A stretch of DNA of 64,000 nt from an uncultured Candidatus Saccharibacteria bacterium (GTDB lineage: Bacteria; Patescibacteriota; JACMRA01), in assembly GCA_964631275.1 (NCBI GenBank), contig CAZVWQ010000002.1:26206-90205 (forward strand). Direction: 5' to 3'. Positions 26,331-34,988 of this stretch are shown in pieces. The notes under the pieces are model-generated. The model was not told where the DNA came from, did not search any database, and saw only the letters and a list, made by a program, of their open reading frames with translations. Numbering within the stretch: the first letter of the stretch is position 1; each line of letters starts with the position of its first letter. The position numbers and the translations under genes are program-made.

Positions 26331-28742
26331 ATGTCTATCTCAAAAAACTCAAAAAACTTACAACTAGATACTAAACGTCACTCTTTTGCTCATTTAATGG
26401 CAGCTGCCGTAGGGAAAATGTTTCCAGAAGCTCAATTTGGAGTCGGTCCAGTTATTGAAAATGGCTGTTATTACGACTTTATTTTACCCAGAACTTTAAT
26501 CCCAGAAGATTTACCACTACTTGAAAACAAAATCAAGGAAATGTTAAAACAACCTCTGGTTTTTAAAGTCCAAGAAATGGAATTACAGGAAGCTGTTTTA
26601 CTTTTTGAAAAAATGAATCAACCACTAAAAGTTGAACTCTTAAACGATCTTGCAACTCGTGGAACAACTGCTATGAGTGAGGAGGAGAAAGAGTCCTTCC
26701 TTGAGGAAGGTGCCCGTAGGGCGGAAGGTGTTAACACTTCATCAAAAAACAAACTAGGAATTTTACCTTACAATCCAGAATTAAAAGAAAAAGCCAAGGA
26801 ACTTAGAAAAAATTCTTCTAAAATAGAGGTTAGGTTTTGGTGCGAATTAAAAAATCACCCAGAATTATCCAAAATTGATTTTCATAGGCAAAAACCAGTT
26901 TTAAATTATATTTTAGATTTTTATATTCCAGAATTTGGAATTGCTGTTGAACTAGATGGCGAGAGTCATAACGAACAGATTGAATATGATGAAAAAAGAA
27001 CTCAAGAATTAGAAAATTTAGGTTTGAAAGTGCTTAGATTTACAAACGAAGAGATAAAAAATAACTTAGATGGGGTTTTTGCAGAAGTTAATAAAGAAAT
27101 TGATTTAATTAAAAAAACAGATACTGTCTCTGATAGTCCTTCCAAGAGAACACACCCCGTCAGCTCCGCTGACACCCCTCTGGAGAATAACACACCCCGC
27201 CCTACGGGCACCCCTCTCAAGAGGGGACTTCCTAAAATTACCATCTACCGTCTGGAGAATGAAAAAACTGGCGAGGATTTGTTTGTAGATTTATGCAAAG
27301 GTCCGCATGTGGAAGATGTTAAAGAGCTTAAAGGCTTAGGTTTTTCTCTAGACAAATTTAGTGGCTCCTACTGGCGAGGGGATCAAGCCCGCAACATCCA
27401 AATGCAACGAATTTATGCCTTGGTTTTTGATACAAAAGAGGAGTTAAAAGAGTTTCAAGAAAAAAGGAAGCTAGCCCAAGAAAGAGATCACCGCAAACTC
27501 GGTCAAGAGTTAGAAATTTTTATGGTCTCTGATGAAGTTGGTTCTGGACTGCCACTTTATCTGCCAAACGGAGCGGCGATTAGGCAACTTTTAGAAAAAT
27601 ATTGTTATCAAGAAGCCAAAAAATCAGGTTATCAGTATGTTTATACCCCGCATATCGGAAAGGAGGATTTGTTCAAAAAATCTGGGCATTTAGATCACTA
27701 TCGCGACGGAATGTTTGCACCGATTGATATGGTCAATCTGGATGGTGAAGGTGCGGATGAGTCTGGTAAAACTGAGAAGTTTTATCTAAAACCGATGAAT
27801 TGCCCAATGCACCATAATATTTATTTAAATACTCCAAAAAGCTACCGTGACCTGCCTTATCGTTTGTATGAATACGGCACCGTGTATCGCTACGAGGAGT
27901 CTGGAACTTTGTCTGGGATGATCAGAGTGCGAGGTTTTACTCAAAATGATGCCCATGTTTATTGCCAGCGAACTCAGCTAAAAGAGGTGATCGGCGAGGC
28001 ACTTAACCGCTTCATCAAGGCTTACAACGACATCGGAATCACTGATTATAAAATGAGGTTTAGCCTTCCTGATTTTGTGAATGAAAAAGAGAAATTTGGG
28101 GAAGAGACTCAAGAATGGGTTGAGGCGGTTAGTGCTATGAGACAGGCACTAGATGAGCTGGGTGTGGATTATTATGATGCGGTTGGTGAAGCAGCTTTTT
28201 ATGGACCAAAAATTGATATTCAGGTTAAAAATGTGAACGGCAAAGAGGATTCACTTTCAACTATTCAAGTGGATTACTCCATCGCTCCAAAGTTTGGAAT
28301 TACCTTTAAAAACGACAAAGGCGAGGAGGAAGTGCCAGCGATTATTCATATGGCTTTGATGGGATCCGTGGACAGGTTTATGGCATTTATGCTGGAGATG
28401 ACCGGTGGAAGATTACCTCTCTGGCTAGCTCCAACTCAAGTCAAGATTTTGACTATTAATAATGAAGAGGAGACTTTGGAATATGTAGCTAAAATCAAAG
28501 CAATCCTGGATGAGACAGTGCTTATGAAACCGCTAAAATATAATGAAATAAGGTATGAAGTAGATGATAGACAAGAATCACTTGGCAAAAAAATCCGAGA
28601 AGCTACGATGATGAAAATCCCAGTGCAATTAATCGTCGGGCCAAAAGATGTTCAGGCAGGTGAGGTTAGTGTCAGGACACAACAGGGGGAGAGTAAGGTT
28701 GGGTTGGAAAGTTTACAAGAATATTTAAGAAATTTAGAGTAA
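26331..28742 (+). CDS. thrS: threonyl-tRNA synthetase (no TGS domain) with a 179-codon in-frame insertion in the editing domain
   Basis: HSFAHLM, DLCKGPHV, YWRGD, RDHRKLG, class II motifs (FYLKPMNCPMH, GMIRVRGFTQNDAH) and an anticodon-binding C-terminus. Confidence 0.95.
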   Translation: MSISKNSKNLQLDTKRHSFAHLMAAAVGKMFPEAQFGVGPVIENGCYYDFILPRTLIPEDLPLLENKIKEMLKQPLVFKVQEMELQEAVLLFEKMNQPLKVELLNDLATRGTTAMSEEEKESFLEEGARRAEGVNTSSKNKLGILPYNPELKEKAKELRKNSSKIEVRFWCELKNHPELSKIDFHRQKPVLNYILDFYIPEFGIAVELDGESHNEQIEYDEKRTQELENLGLKVLRFTNEEIKNNLDGVFAEVNKEIDLIKKTDTVSDSPSKRTHPVSSADTPLENNTPRPTGTPLKRGLPKITIYRLENEKTGEDLFVDLCKGPHVEDVKELKGLGFSLDKFSGSYWRGDQARNIQMQRIYALVFDTKEELKEFQEKRKLAQERDHRKLGQELEIFMVSDEVGSGLPLYLPNGAAIRQLLEKYCYQEAKKSGYQYVYTPHIGKEDLFKKSGHLDHYRDGMFAPIDMVNLDGEGADESGKTEKFYLKPMNCPMHHNIYLNTPKSYRDLPYRLYEYGTVYRYEESGTLSGMIRVRGFTQNDAHVYCQRTQLKEVIGEALNRFIKAYNDIGITDYKMRFSLPDFVNEKEKFGEETQEWVEAVSAMRQALDELGVDYYDAVGEAAFYGPKIDIQVKNVNGKEDSLSTIQVDYSIAPKFGITFKNDKGEEEVPAIIHMALMGSVDRFMAFMLEMTGGRLPLWLAPTQVKILTINNEEETLEYVAKIKAILDETVLMKPLKYNEIRYEVDDRQESLGKKIREATMMKIPVQLIVGPKDVQAGEVSVRTQQGESKVGLESLQEYLRNLE
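26694..27230 (+). mobile_element. inverted-repeat-bounded element encoding a DUF559/Vsr-like endonuclease domain, translated in frame within thrS
   Basis: Left repeat 26694-26732 tccttccttgaggaaggtgcccgtagggcggaaggtgtt. Right repeat 27189-27230 aacacaccccgccctacgggcacccctctcaagaggggactt. Core FHRQKPVLNYILDFYIPEFGIAVELDGESH..LRFTNEEI. 537 bp = 3 x 179. Confidence 0.7.
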
Positions 28743-28745
28743 ATT

Positions 28746-29612
28746 ATGTTTTTATTAGACAATCATACAGACATTTTGTTAGGGGATTGTCTGCAGGAAC
28801 TTAAGAAAATTGAAGATGAATCTGTTCAACTCATTATAACCTCTCCGCCATATGCAGATCAACGAGCTAAAACTTATGGTGGAATTCATCCTGACAAATA
28901 TGTAGAGTGGTTTTCACCAATTGCTAAAGAAATGTTACGGGTACTTAAACCTGATGGAACTTTTATTCTAAATATTAAAGAAAAAGTAGTTGAAGGGGAA
29001 AGGCATACCTATGTTTTAGAGTTAATTTTAGAGATGAAAAAGCAAGGCTGGTTATGGACAGAAGAATTTATCTGGCATAAAAAAAATTGCTATCCTGGCA
29101 AATGGCCAAATAGATTTAGAGATAGTTGGGAAAGACTTTTACAGTTTAATAAAAATAAAAAGTTTTCCATGTACCAAGATGAGGTTATGGTACCTATGGG
29201 TGATTGGGCAAAAACTAGATTGAAAAATTTAAGTAAAACTGATAAAATTAGAGATAATTCTAAAGTTGGTAGTGGTTTTGGTAAAAATATTTCTAATTGG
29301 GTTGGTAGAAATATGGCCTACCCAAGTAATGTTTTGCATTTAGCTACAGAAACTAGTAACAAAAATCATAGTGCTACTTTTCCTAAAGAGCTACCAAGTT
29401 GGTTTATCAAGCTTTTTACAAAAAAAGGAGACTTGGTCTTAGATCCATTTTTGGGTAGTGGAACAACTTGCCTTGCTTCGCTTGAACTTGAAAGGAATTC
29501 AATTGGGATTGAGATTAAAAAAGAGTATTATGAACTTGCTTTAGAAAACATCCATATTAAAAGAGAAGAGTTATTTACAAAAAATAAACAAAATGAATTA
29601 TGTCTAATTTAG
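28746..29612 (+). CDS. type II DNA methyltransferase (beta-class, SPPY motif; N4-C or N6-A)
   Basis: IITSPPYADQ (motif IV) precedes DPFLGSGTTCLAS (motif I). Starts 3 nt after the thrS stop. Confidence 0.88.
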   Translation: MFLLDNHTDILLGDCLQELKKIEDESVQLIITSPPYADQRAKTYGGIHPDKYVEWFSPIAKEMLRVLKPDGTFILNIKEKVVEGERHTYVLELILEMKKQGWLWTEEFIWHKKNCYPGKWPNRFRDSWERLLQFNKNKKFSMYQDEVMVPMGDWAKTRLKNLSKTDKIRDNSKVGSGFGKNISNWVGRNMAYPSNVLHLATETSNKNHSATFPKELPSWFIKLFTKKGDLVLDPFLGSGTTCLASLELERNSIGIEIKKEYYELALENIHIKREELFTKNKQNELCLI

Positions 29613-30334
29613 ATTATCAAAAAGTTGAAACTTTTATTCAAAACAATATTATTACAGTTTTTTATGATAAAAGAATAATAAATTTAGAAAAAATTCAACT
29701 CAATAAAATACTCAAGTCTAAAAATCCATACCTTCTTAAAGCCAAAAATATTGAAACTGCTAGTGACTTAATTAAATCAGTTTTAGATGCTGTAATCTCT
29801 TCTTCTGAAGAAACTATTTTTGGAAATTTATTAGAAGAATTGGCTATATTTGTAAATGAGATTGTTTACGATGGTAAAAAATCAACTGCTAAAGGAATAG
29901 ACTTGGAGTTTGAAAAAGGTGGTATTTTATATTTAGTAGCTATTAAATCAAGACCAAATTGGGGTAATAGTAGCCAAATTAAAAAAATGATATCAGATTT
30001 TATTTCTGCTAAAAAAACTTTAAGAACTAGTAATTCTAACAATAAACAAATTGAATTTATTAATGGTTGCTGTTATGGCAAAGATAACAATCCTGATAAA
30101 GGAAATTATTTAAAATTGTGTGGTCATAAATTTTGGAGTATAATTTCTGGGGACGAGGAATTTTATTTAAAAATTATCAAACCCATTGATAAGCAGAGCA
30201 AACAAAAAGATGAGGTTTTTAAAGAAAAATATGCAATGAAGTTAAATTTATTGACAGGGGAACTATTAGAAAATTATTGCATAAATGGAAAAATAAATTG
30301 GGAACAAATTTTAGAATTTAACAGTGGTAGCTAA
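29600..30334 (+). CDS. putative type II restriction endonuclease (family not recognised)
   Basis: Overlaps the methyltransferase gene by 13 nt. GIDLEFEKGG..VAIKS could be a PD-(D/E)xK-like core. Confidence 0.45.
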   Translation: MSNLDYQKVETFIQNNIITVFYDKRIINLEKIQLNKILKSKNPYLLKAKNIETASDLIKSVLDAVISSSEETIFGNLLEELAIFVNEIVYDGKKSTAKGIDLEFEKGGILYLVAIKSRPNWGNSSQIKKMISDFISAKKTLRTSNSNNKQIEFINGCCYGKDNNPDKGNYLKLCGHKFWSIISGDEEFYLKIIKPIDKQSKQKDEVFKEKYAMKLNLLTGELLENYCINGKINWEQILEFNSGS

Positions 30335-30352
30335 GTATTGTATTATCTAAAT

Positions 30353-30484
30353 ATCCCAGTTCAGCTCATCGTCGGGCCAAAGGATGTTCAGGCAGGTGAG
30401 GTTAGTGTCAGGACACAACAGGGGGAGAGTAAGGTTGGGTTGGAAGAATTAAATCAATTTTTAACAAATTTAAGTCAAAAATAA
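30353..30484 (+). pseudogene. displaced copy of the thrS 3' end (copy 2)
   Basis: 30368-30445 differs from 28632-28709 at 1 of 78 nt. Reads IPVQLIVGPKDVQAGEVSVRTQQGESKVGLEE..* in frame. Confidence 0.88.
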
Positions 30485-30487
30485 TTT

Positions 30488-30982
30488 ATGAATGATGTAA
30501 TCTTTATAACTGGCTGTCCGACTAGTGGTAAGTCCACTATTTCCAGTTTGTTGCAACAAAAGCTACAATCTCCAATGTTTGAATTTGGCTGGATTCCAGA
30601 ATTTCGTCTTTTGGAGGTTGATCAAAAATATGAAGATGAGGAGAAATTAAGTTTTGAAAATCTAAATTTGGTTGTAAAAAATTATGTTAAACACGGCTAT
30701 TCCAATATAATTATAACGGATATACGGGATGACCTATTGAAACAAGTACCGACAATTTATAATGAATATTCATACAAAATATTTACCCTAATCCTATCTG
30801 AAGAAGAGATAAAATTTAGAATAGACAAAAGAAAAATCGAAAAAAATGGTTTTAGTAACCTTCAATTAGCGATTAAGTCAAATCAATTTTGGAGTGATTC
30901 AAACTTTAAAAATCAAACTAAAATATTTGCCGAGAATATGAATCCTGAGAAAATATTGAATATTATTTTGAATCAATTATAA
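30488..30982 (+). CDS. P-loop NTPase / small kinase-like protein
   Basis: ITGCPTSGKSTIS Walker A at the N-terminus. 164 aa. Starts 3 nt after the copy-2 stop. Confidence 0.65.
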   Translation: MNDVIFITGCPTSGKSTISSLLQQKLQSPMFEFGWIPEFRLLEVDQKYEDEEKLSFENLNLVVKNYVKHGYSNIIITDIRDDLLKQVPTIYNEYSYKIFTLILSEEEIKFRIDKRKIEKNGFSNLQLAIKSNQFWSDSNFKNQTKIFAENMNPEKILNIILNQL

Positions 30983-31240
30983 AGATTTTGCTTTTGAGGT
31001 TTGGTGTTAGGTGGTTGACAACTTAGGCGAGTTTTTAGAGGGTTTAGATTTATAATATCTAATCACATTACAAAGTTAGGAAAGAGTACATTTTCTGAAT
31101 AAGTTATTTGAATTAATTGTATTTTTAAGGTGCTGGTTTTTTTAATTCCTACCCAAATTATCTAATAAATTTATCAGTAATTTTGTTTATCTATGAAGGA
31201 TTTTTTAAAATAAAACATTTTTTAACTAACTATCAATTAT

Positions 31241-31528
31241 ATGTATCAAGACTTAATAAATCAAGCACCTCAACTTTCATCAGAGTTTATAGCTGCAATT
31301 GCTGCCTCATCTCCTTGGGCCTTGCAAAAGGCTGGAGAGTCTGCGGTTGGAGAAGTTGTCAAAGACGGCTGGAGCTGGCTAAAGAGTGTTTTTAGCAAAA
31401 AGGGTAAAGATCAGGAATTGGATAATTTAGTTGAAAGACCAAAAGATCCCAAGATCCAGGGCAGGTTAGAACTTATTTTGGAAGATTATCTTAAGGAAAA
31501 TCCAGAAGAAATGGACTATACCCATTAG
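31241..31528 (+). CDS. small helical hypothetical protein (possibly an orphan N-terminal adaptor-like domain)
   Basis: ORF only. GWSWLKSVFSKKGKDQELDNLVERPKDPKIQGRLELILEDYLKENPE. Confidence 0.4.
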   Translation: MYQDLINQAPQLSSEFIAAIAASSPWALQKAGESAVGEVVKDGWSWLKSVFSKKGKDQELDNLVERPKDPKIQGRLELILEDYLKENPEEMDYTH

Positions 31529-31659
31529 AAACTGGGGTCAAGTTTTAAATCAATTGACAATTATCTTTGAAGAAAGGATTACTAAATACATTAATCTTAG
31601 TGATGTCTGAAACTAAGAACTTACACGGAATTGGTTAGGGTCTCTATTAAAATCATCTT

Positions 31660-32220
31660 ATGAAAAAATTGTACTCGTATAAAATTATCGCTGTATTATT
31701 TATTATACCATTTTTAGTAAATTGGGTGTTTTTGTTATTTTTTGGCAAACCTTATTTATTCATTTTTATGCCTAAATATATATTACACCCTTTAATTTCA
31801 GGTTTTTATACTCAATTTATTTATAGCTTAATTATTCTGGTTTTATTTCTTTTGTTAGTATTCAAAGCTAAACTAAAACTAACTTTAATTTCTAGTCTGT
31901 TTATTGCAATTTCTGTATTTATTGCAATTTTTAACTTACTTGGATCAACTTCTTTCTTCCATGAAAAAGGGTGTTCAGATGCAGTTTACCAATCAGGCCT
32001 TTCAAGAGATATCAACTATGATGTTTTTGTACCAACCAACAATCGTTTAATTTATCAAAGAATTGCAACATGGGAAGATGTAAATGGTACTATTTTAGTT
32101 AGGATAAGCAATAATGAAGAACTCTTAAAACAGGATCAAAAATTAGAATTAGTAAAATGTTCAGTTGAAGCCGCAGTCGATAGCTATGGAGATTATGATA
32201 TTGAGCAAATAGATTTTTAG
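31660..32220 (+). CDS. multi-pass membrane protein (hypothetical)
   Basis: Four hydrophobic helices followed by a soluble tail. Confidence 0.5.
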   Translation: MKKLYSYKIIAVLFIIPFLVNWVFLLFFGKPYLFIFMPKYILHPLISGFYTQFIYSLIILVLFLLLVFKAKLKLTLISSLFIAISVFIAIFNLLGSTSFFHEKGCSDAVYQSGLSRDINYDVFVPTNNRLIYQRIATWEDVNGTILVRISNNEELLKQDQKLELVKCSVEAAVDSYGDYDIEQIDF

Positions 32221-32251
32221 TTATGCAGTTTTACCAAACTCTAGCTATATT

Positions 32252-32350
32252 ATCGCCGTGCTAGAATATATTCAGGCAGGGGAGGCTAGTGTAAGGACAC
32301 AAGAGGGAGAGAGTAAGGTTGAGTTGGAGGAGCTACAAAGCTATTTATAA
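32252..32350 (+). pseudogene. displaced, diverged copy of the thrS 3' end (copy 3)
   Basis: atcgccgtgctagaatatattcaggcaggggaggctagtgtaaggacacaagagggagagagtaaggttgagttggag.. Reads ..IQAGEASVRTQEGESKVELEELQSYL*. Confidence 0.7.
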
Positions 32351-32366
32351 GGTTTAAAATAACAAA

Positions 32367-33968
32367 ATGTTTGGATATAATTTATTAGAAACGATAGTAA
32401 TCTTTTTTGTAGGGATCTTGAATTTTGGTTTCTTTTTTTCTATTTTTGGTATTATATTGTACAAATTATTTAAAGTAGTTTCTAAAACACCAGAAACTCT
32501 CAGCTTTTGGTTTTTTATAAGATATTTAATTTATGTTTCAGCTTTTAGCATTTATAATCTAGTTATCATTATTTTGATGATATTCTTGTTGTTTAACCCA
32601 GCTGTTCCAGTAGTATTTTATGTAGTTAATAGACCTTGGATAGATTCTTTTATTAATAACACTCCAATAATTGCAAATTTTATTAATTTCATTTCCAATC
32701 ACCCACAAAATAGACTTATAGGAATGTTATTTTTTATAAATTTTGTCTTATTTGGTTGGTTTGTACTAGTCTTATCACCATTCAAACTAGAAAATCCTTT
32801 AGATTTTAATAATCCTAAAAAGACTAATTTTTTGACTAGATTTTTAGATAAATTACTAAACTTTTTTCTAAAAGTTAGACCAGAAATAGATCTTAAAAAA
32901 TACCAATTAGAATTAGATATAAACTTACAGAATAATTTAAAATTTGATAAAGAATTGCTGGAAAGATTAGAAAGATATGAAAGTTTTAGATTCAAACATT
33001 ATTTGGAGTTATTTAAGTTTCCCTTACAAAAAAGATTTTTTTTAGAAATAGTAATTGGATGTTTATTACTTGTTAGTGGGGTTATAGGCTTTTGGTTGTA
33101 TCCTTTTGAGAATACTGGGAATAGCGATTTGGATGACTTTTTTATTTTACTATATTTTTTTGGAATGATTTTTTTATTTATATTTTTTTATGTTAAAAGA
33201 AGGAATATAAATTTTAGTAAAAAGAACAGTGTTGTTACAGAAAAACTAACTAAAAGTTATTTACCATTAGTTCAAAATAGATATAAAACAGAAATTTTAA
33301 ATTATATTTTTAGTAAATCAGTTTTAAAACGTAACGCCGCAACAAGTTACTTACTTGGAGAAGAACTGAAACAAGATCAATTTTTAAATTCATCTCATAA
33401 TAATTTTAAAGTTAGTGATTTTTTAGAAAGTCAATATGCAAATCTAGATATAAAATTCTATGATTTGAAAACATCTCCAATTGATAGCAAAAAAGAAGAG
33501 TTGAGAGAAAGTTCTGGTATTTATATAAAAACTAGTTTTCAGGAAAAATTTAAAGGCGTGATTTTTGTGACGACTAAAAATAAAAAGTTTTTCACAAAAC
33601 AGCTGGTTAATTATCCAGATATTAAACAAAGTTTAAAATTTGAGACAGAAAGCTTGGATTTTAATCTTCAATTTAGCGTTTATACTAGGAATCAAATAGA
33701 GGCTCGGCTGGCATTAAAAACTAATATTATGTATGCTTTATTGCAGCTAGCCAATTTAAATAAAAATATTTATCTCAAATTAGAAAGCAATTCAGCTTAT
33801 TTATTTTTAGAAACAGAAAAAGACTTTTTTGAATATGATTATTTTGCCAAACAAAGATTAAGTTCTACCACCACCTTTAACAGCTTACAAAATGAGATTT
33901 ATAACCAATATCAGTTACCAATTATAATTTCTTTGTTACTAAACCCAAGAAAAAAAGCGATTCTTTAG
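32367..33968 (+). CDS. membrane protein with a DUF3137-like C-terminal domain
   Basis: N-terminal TM helices. C-terminus FETESLDFNLQFSVYTRNQIEARLALKTNIMYALLQL resembles the DUF3137 signature (F-x-V-Y-x-x-x-Q-x-E-A-R); this is from memory, not searched. Confidence 0.55.
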   Translation: MFGYNLLETIVIFFVGILNFGFFFSIFGIILYKLFKVVSKTPETLSFWFFIRYLIYVSAFSIYNLVIIILMIFLLFNPAVPVVFYVVNRPWIDSFINNTPIIANFINFISNHPQNRLIGMLFFINFVLFGWFVLVLSPFKLENPLDFNNPKKTNFLTRFLDKLLNFFLKVRPEIDLKKYQLELDINLQNNLKFDKELLERLERYESFRFKHYLELFKFPLQKRFFLEIVIGCLLLVSGVIGFWLYPFENTGNSDLDDFFILLYFFGMIFLFIFFYVKRRNINFSKKNSVVTEKLTKSYLPLVQNRYKTEILNYIFSKSVLKRNAATSYLLGEELKQDQFLNSSHNNFKVSDFLESQYANLDIKFYDLKTSPIDSKKEELRESSGIYIKTSFQEKFKGVIFVTTKNKKFFTKQLVNYPDIKQSLKFETESLDFNLQFSVYTRNQIEARLALKTNIMYALLQLANLNKNIYLKLESNSAYLFLETEKDFFEYDYFAKQRLSSTTTFNSLQNEIYNQYQLPIIISLLLNPRKKAIL

Positions 33969-34245
33969 TCGGTAATGCTGATACATATTTGATATAAAAT
34001 GCTTGATTTAAGAATGTAAATAGATATTATGTTAGATAAGATAAAACCTTACTCTAGGAGGTCTAAACAAGAAATTCTAAAAGATGTCTGTGAGCTAATT
34101 TTATTACATCAAAAAGGGCTTTAGAGCAGGAATAACTTTAAAACTCCGTTGACAGAAAAAGGAGGAGAAGTTTAGTTCGGCGGGATTATTAATTTATCTA
34201 AAGAATTTAAAGTACTAATATACATGAAGAAACAAACTTTTGGTA

Positions 34246-34274
34246 TTGACAAATTACCCTACAATTAGTATACT
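34246..34274 (+). promoter_or_regulatory. sigma70-type promoter (TTGACA, 17-nt spacer, TATACT) 9 nt upstream of the antitoxin ATG
   Basis: ttgacaaattaccctacaattagtatact. Start codon at 34284. Confidence 0.5.
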
Positions 34275-34283
34275 TACCTTACC

Positions 34284-34583
34284 ATGACTTACAAAGTAAA
34301 ACTTAGTAAAAAAAATCAAGGTACTCTTCCAGTTGCTTTACTAAAAACTCTTGGCTTGAGTCCCAACACTGAAAATACATTAATTATTTATGAGGATATA
34401 AATGGTAATTTTGTCATACAAACACTTAAGCATATGGTTAATAGTATCCAAGGATCGCTTGGAAAAAAGCTATCTTCTAAGACAAAAACCAAGCTAGCAA
34501 AAATGACTCCTGAAGAAATTATTGAAGCTGAAAAAAATGCAAAATACGATCATCTTAAAACCAAGAAAAAAGATAAGGTATGA
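34284..34583 (+). CDS. vapB: AbrB/SpoVT-fold antitoxin
   Basis: YKVKLSKKNQGTLPVALLKTLGL. Overlaps the PIN gene by 4 nt. Confidence 0.7.
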   Translation: MTYKVKLSKKNQGTLPVALLKTLGLSPNTENTLIIYEDINGNFVIQTLKHMVNSIQGSLGKKLSSKTKTKLAKMTPEEIIEAEKNAKYDHLKTKKKDKV

Positions 34584-34975
34584 TTTTTGTAGATACTAAT
34601 TATATCAATCGTTTTTTATTGCAAGACATTCCTGAGCAGTCTAAAATAGTAAATCAACTTTTTGAAAAAGCCTCCAAAAAGGAAGTTACTTTAGTGAGTA
34701 CAGATCTAGTATTTTTTGAAGTTTGTTGGAGCTTGGGCCAATTTTACGAGTTACAAGAAAAAGAGGTTTTGAGCGAATTATACAAGATTATTTCTAGCGG
34801 TCTGATCAATTTTCAATCCAATGAATTATTGTTAGCAAGTATTTTGCAAAGCCTCCAAAATAATTTGGGAATAGAGGATAATTACAATTTGTTATTTGCT
34901 AAAACAGAGGCTGAAGATTTTGCTACTTTTGATAAAAAGCTTTTAAACTTTTACAAAAAATTTCGCAAAGATTAA
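34580..34975 (+). CDS. vapC: PIN-domain toxin
   Basis: MIFVDTNYI (first acidic residue) and later E/D positions. 131 aa. Confidence 0.78.
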   Translation: MIFVDTNYINRFLLQDIPEQSKIVNQLFEKASKKEVTLVSTDLVFFEVCWSLGQFYELQEKEVLSELYKIISSGLINFQSNELLLASILQSLQNNLGIEDNYNLLFAKTEAEDFATFDKKLLNFYKKFRKD

Positions 34976-34988
34976 TACATCAAACCAA

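Noticed and set aside
26694-27230. Intein in thrS
   Set aside because: There is no Cys/Ser/Thr at the N-junction, no His-Asn plus Cys/Ser/Thr at the C-junction, and no Hint-domain blocks. The insert is bounded by nucleotide-level inverted repeats instead.
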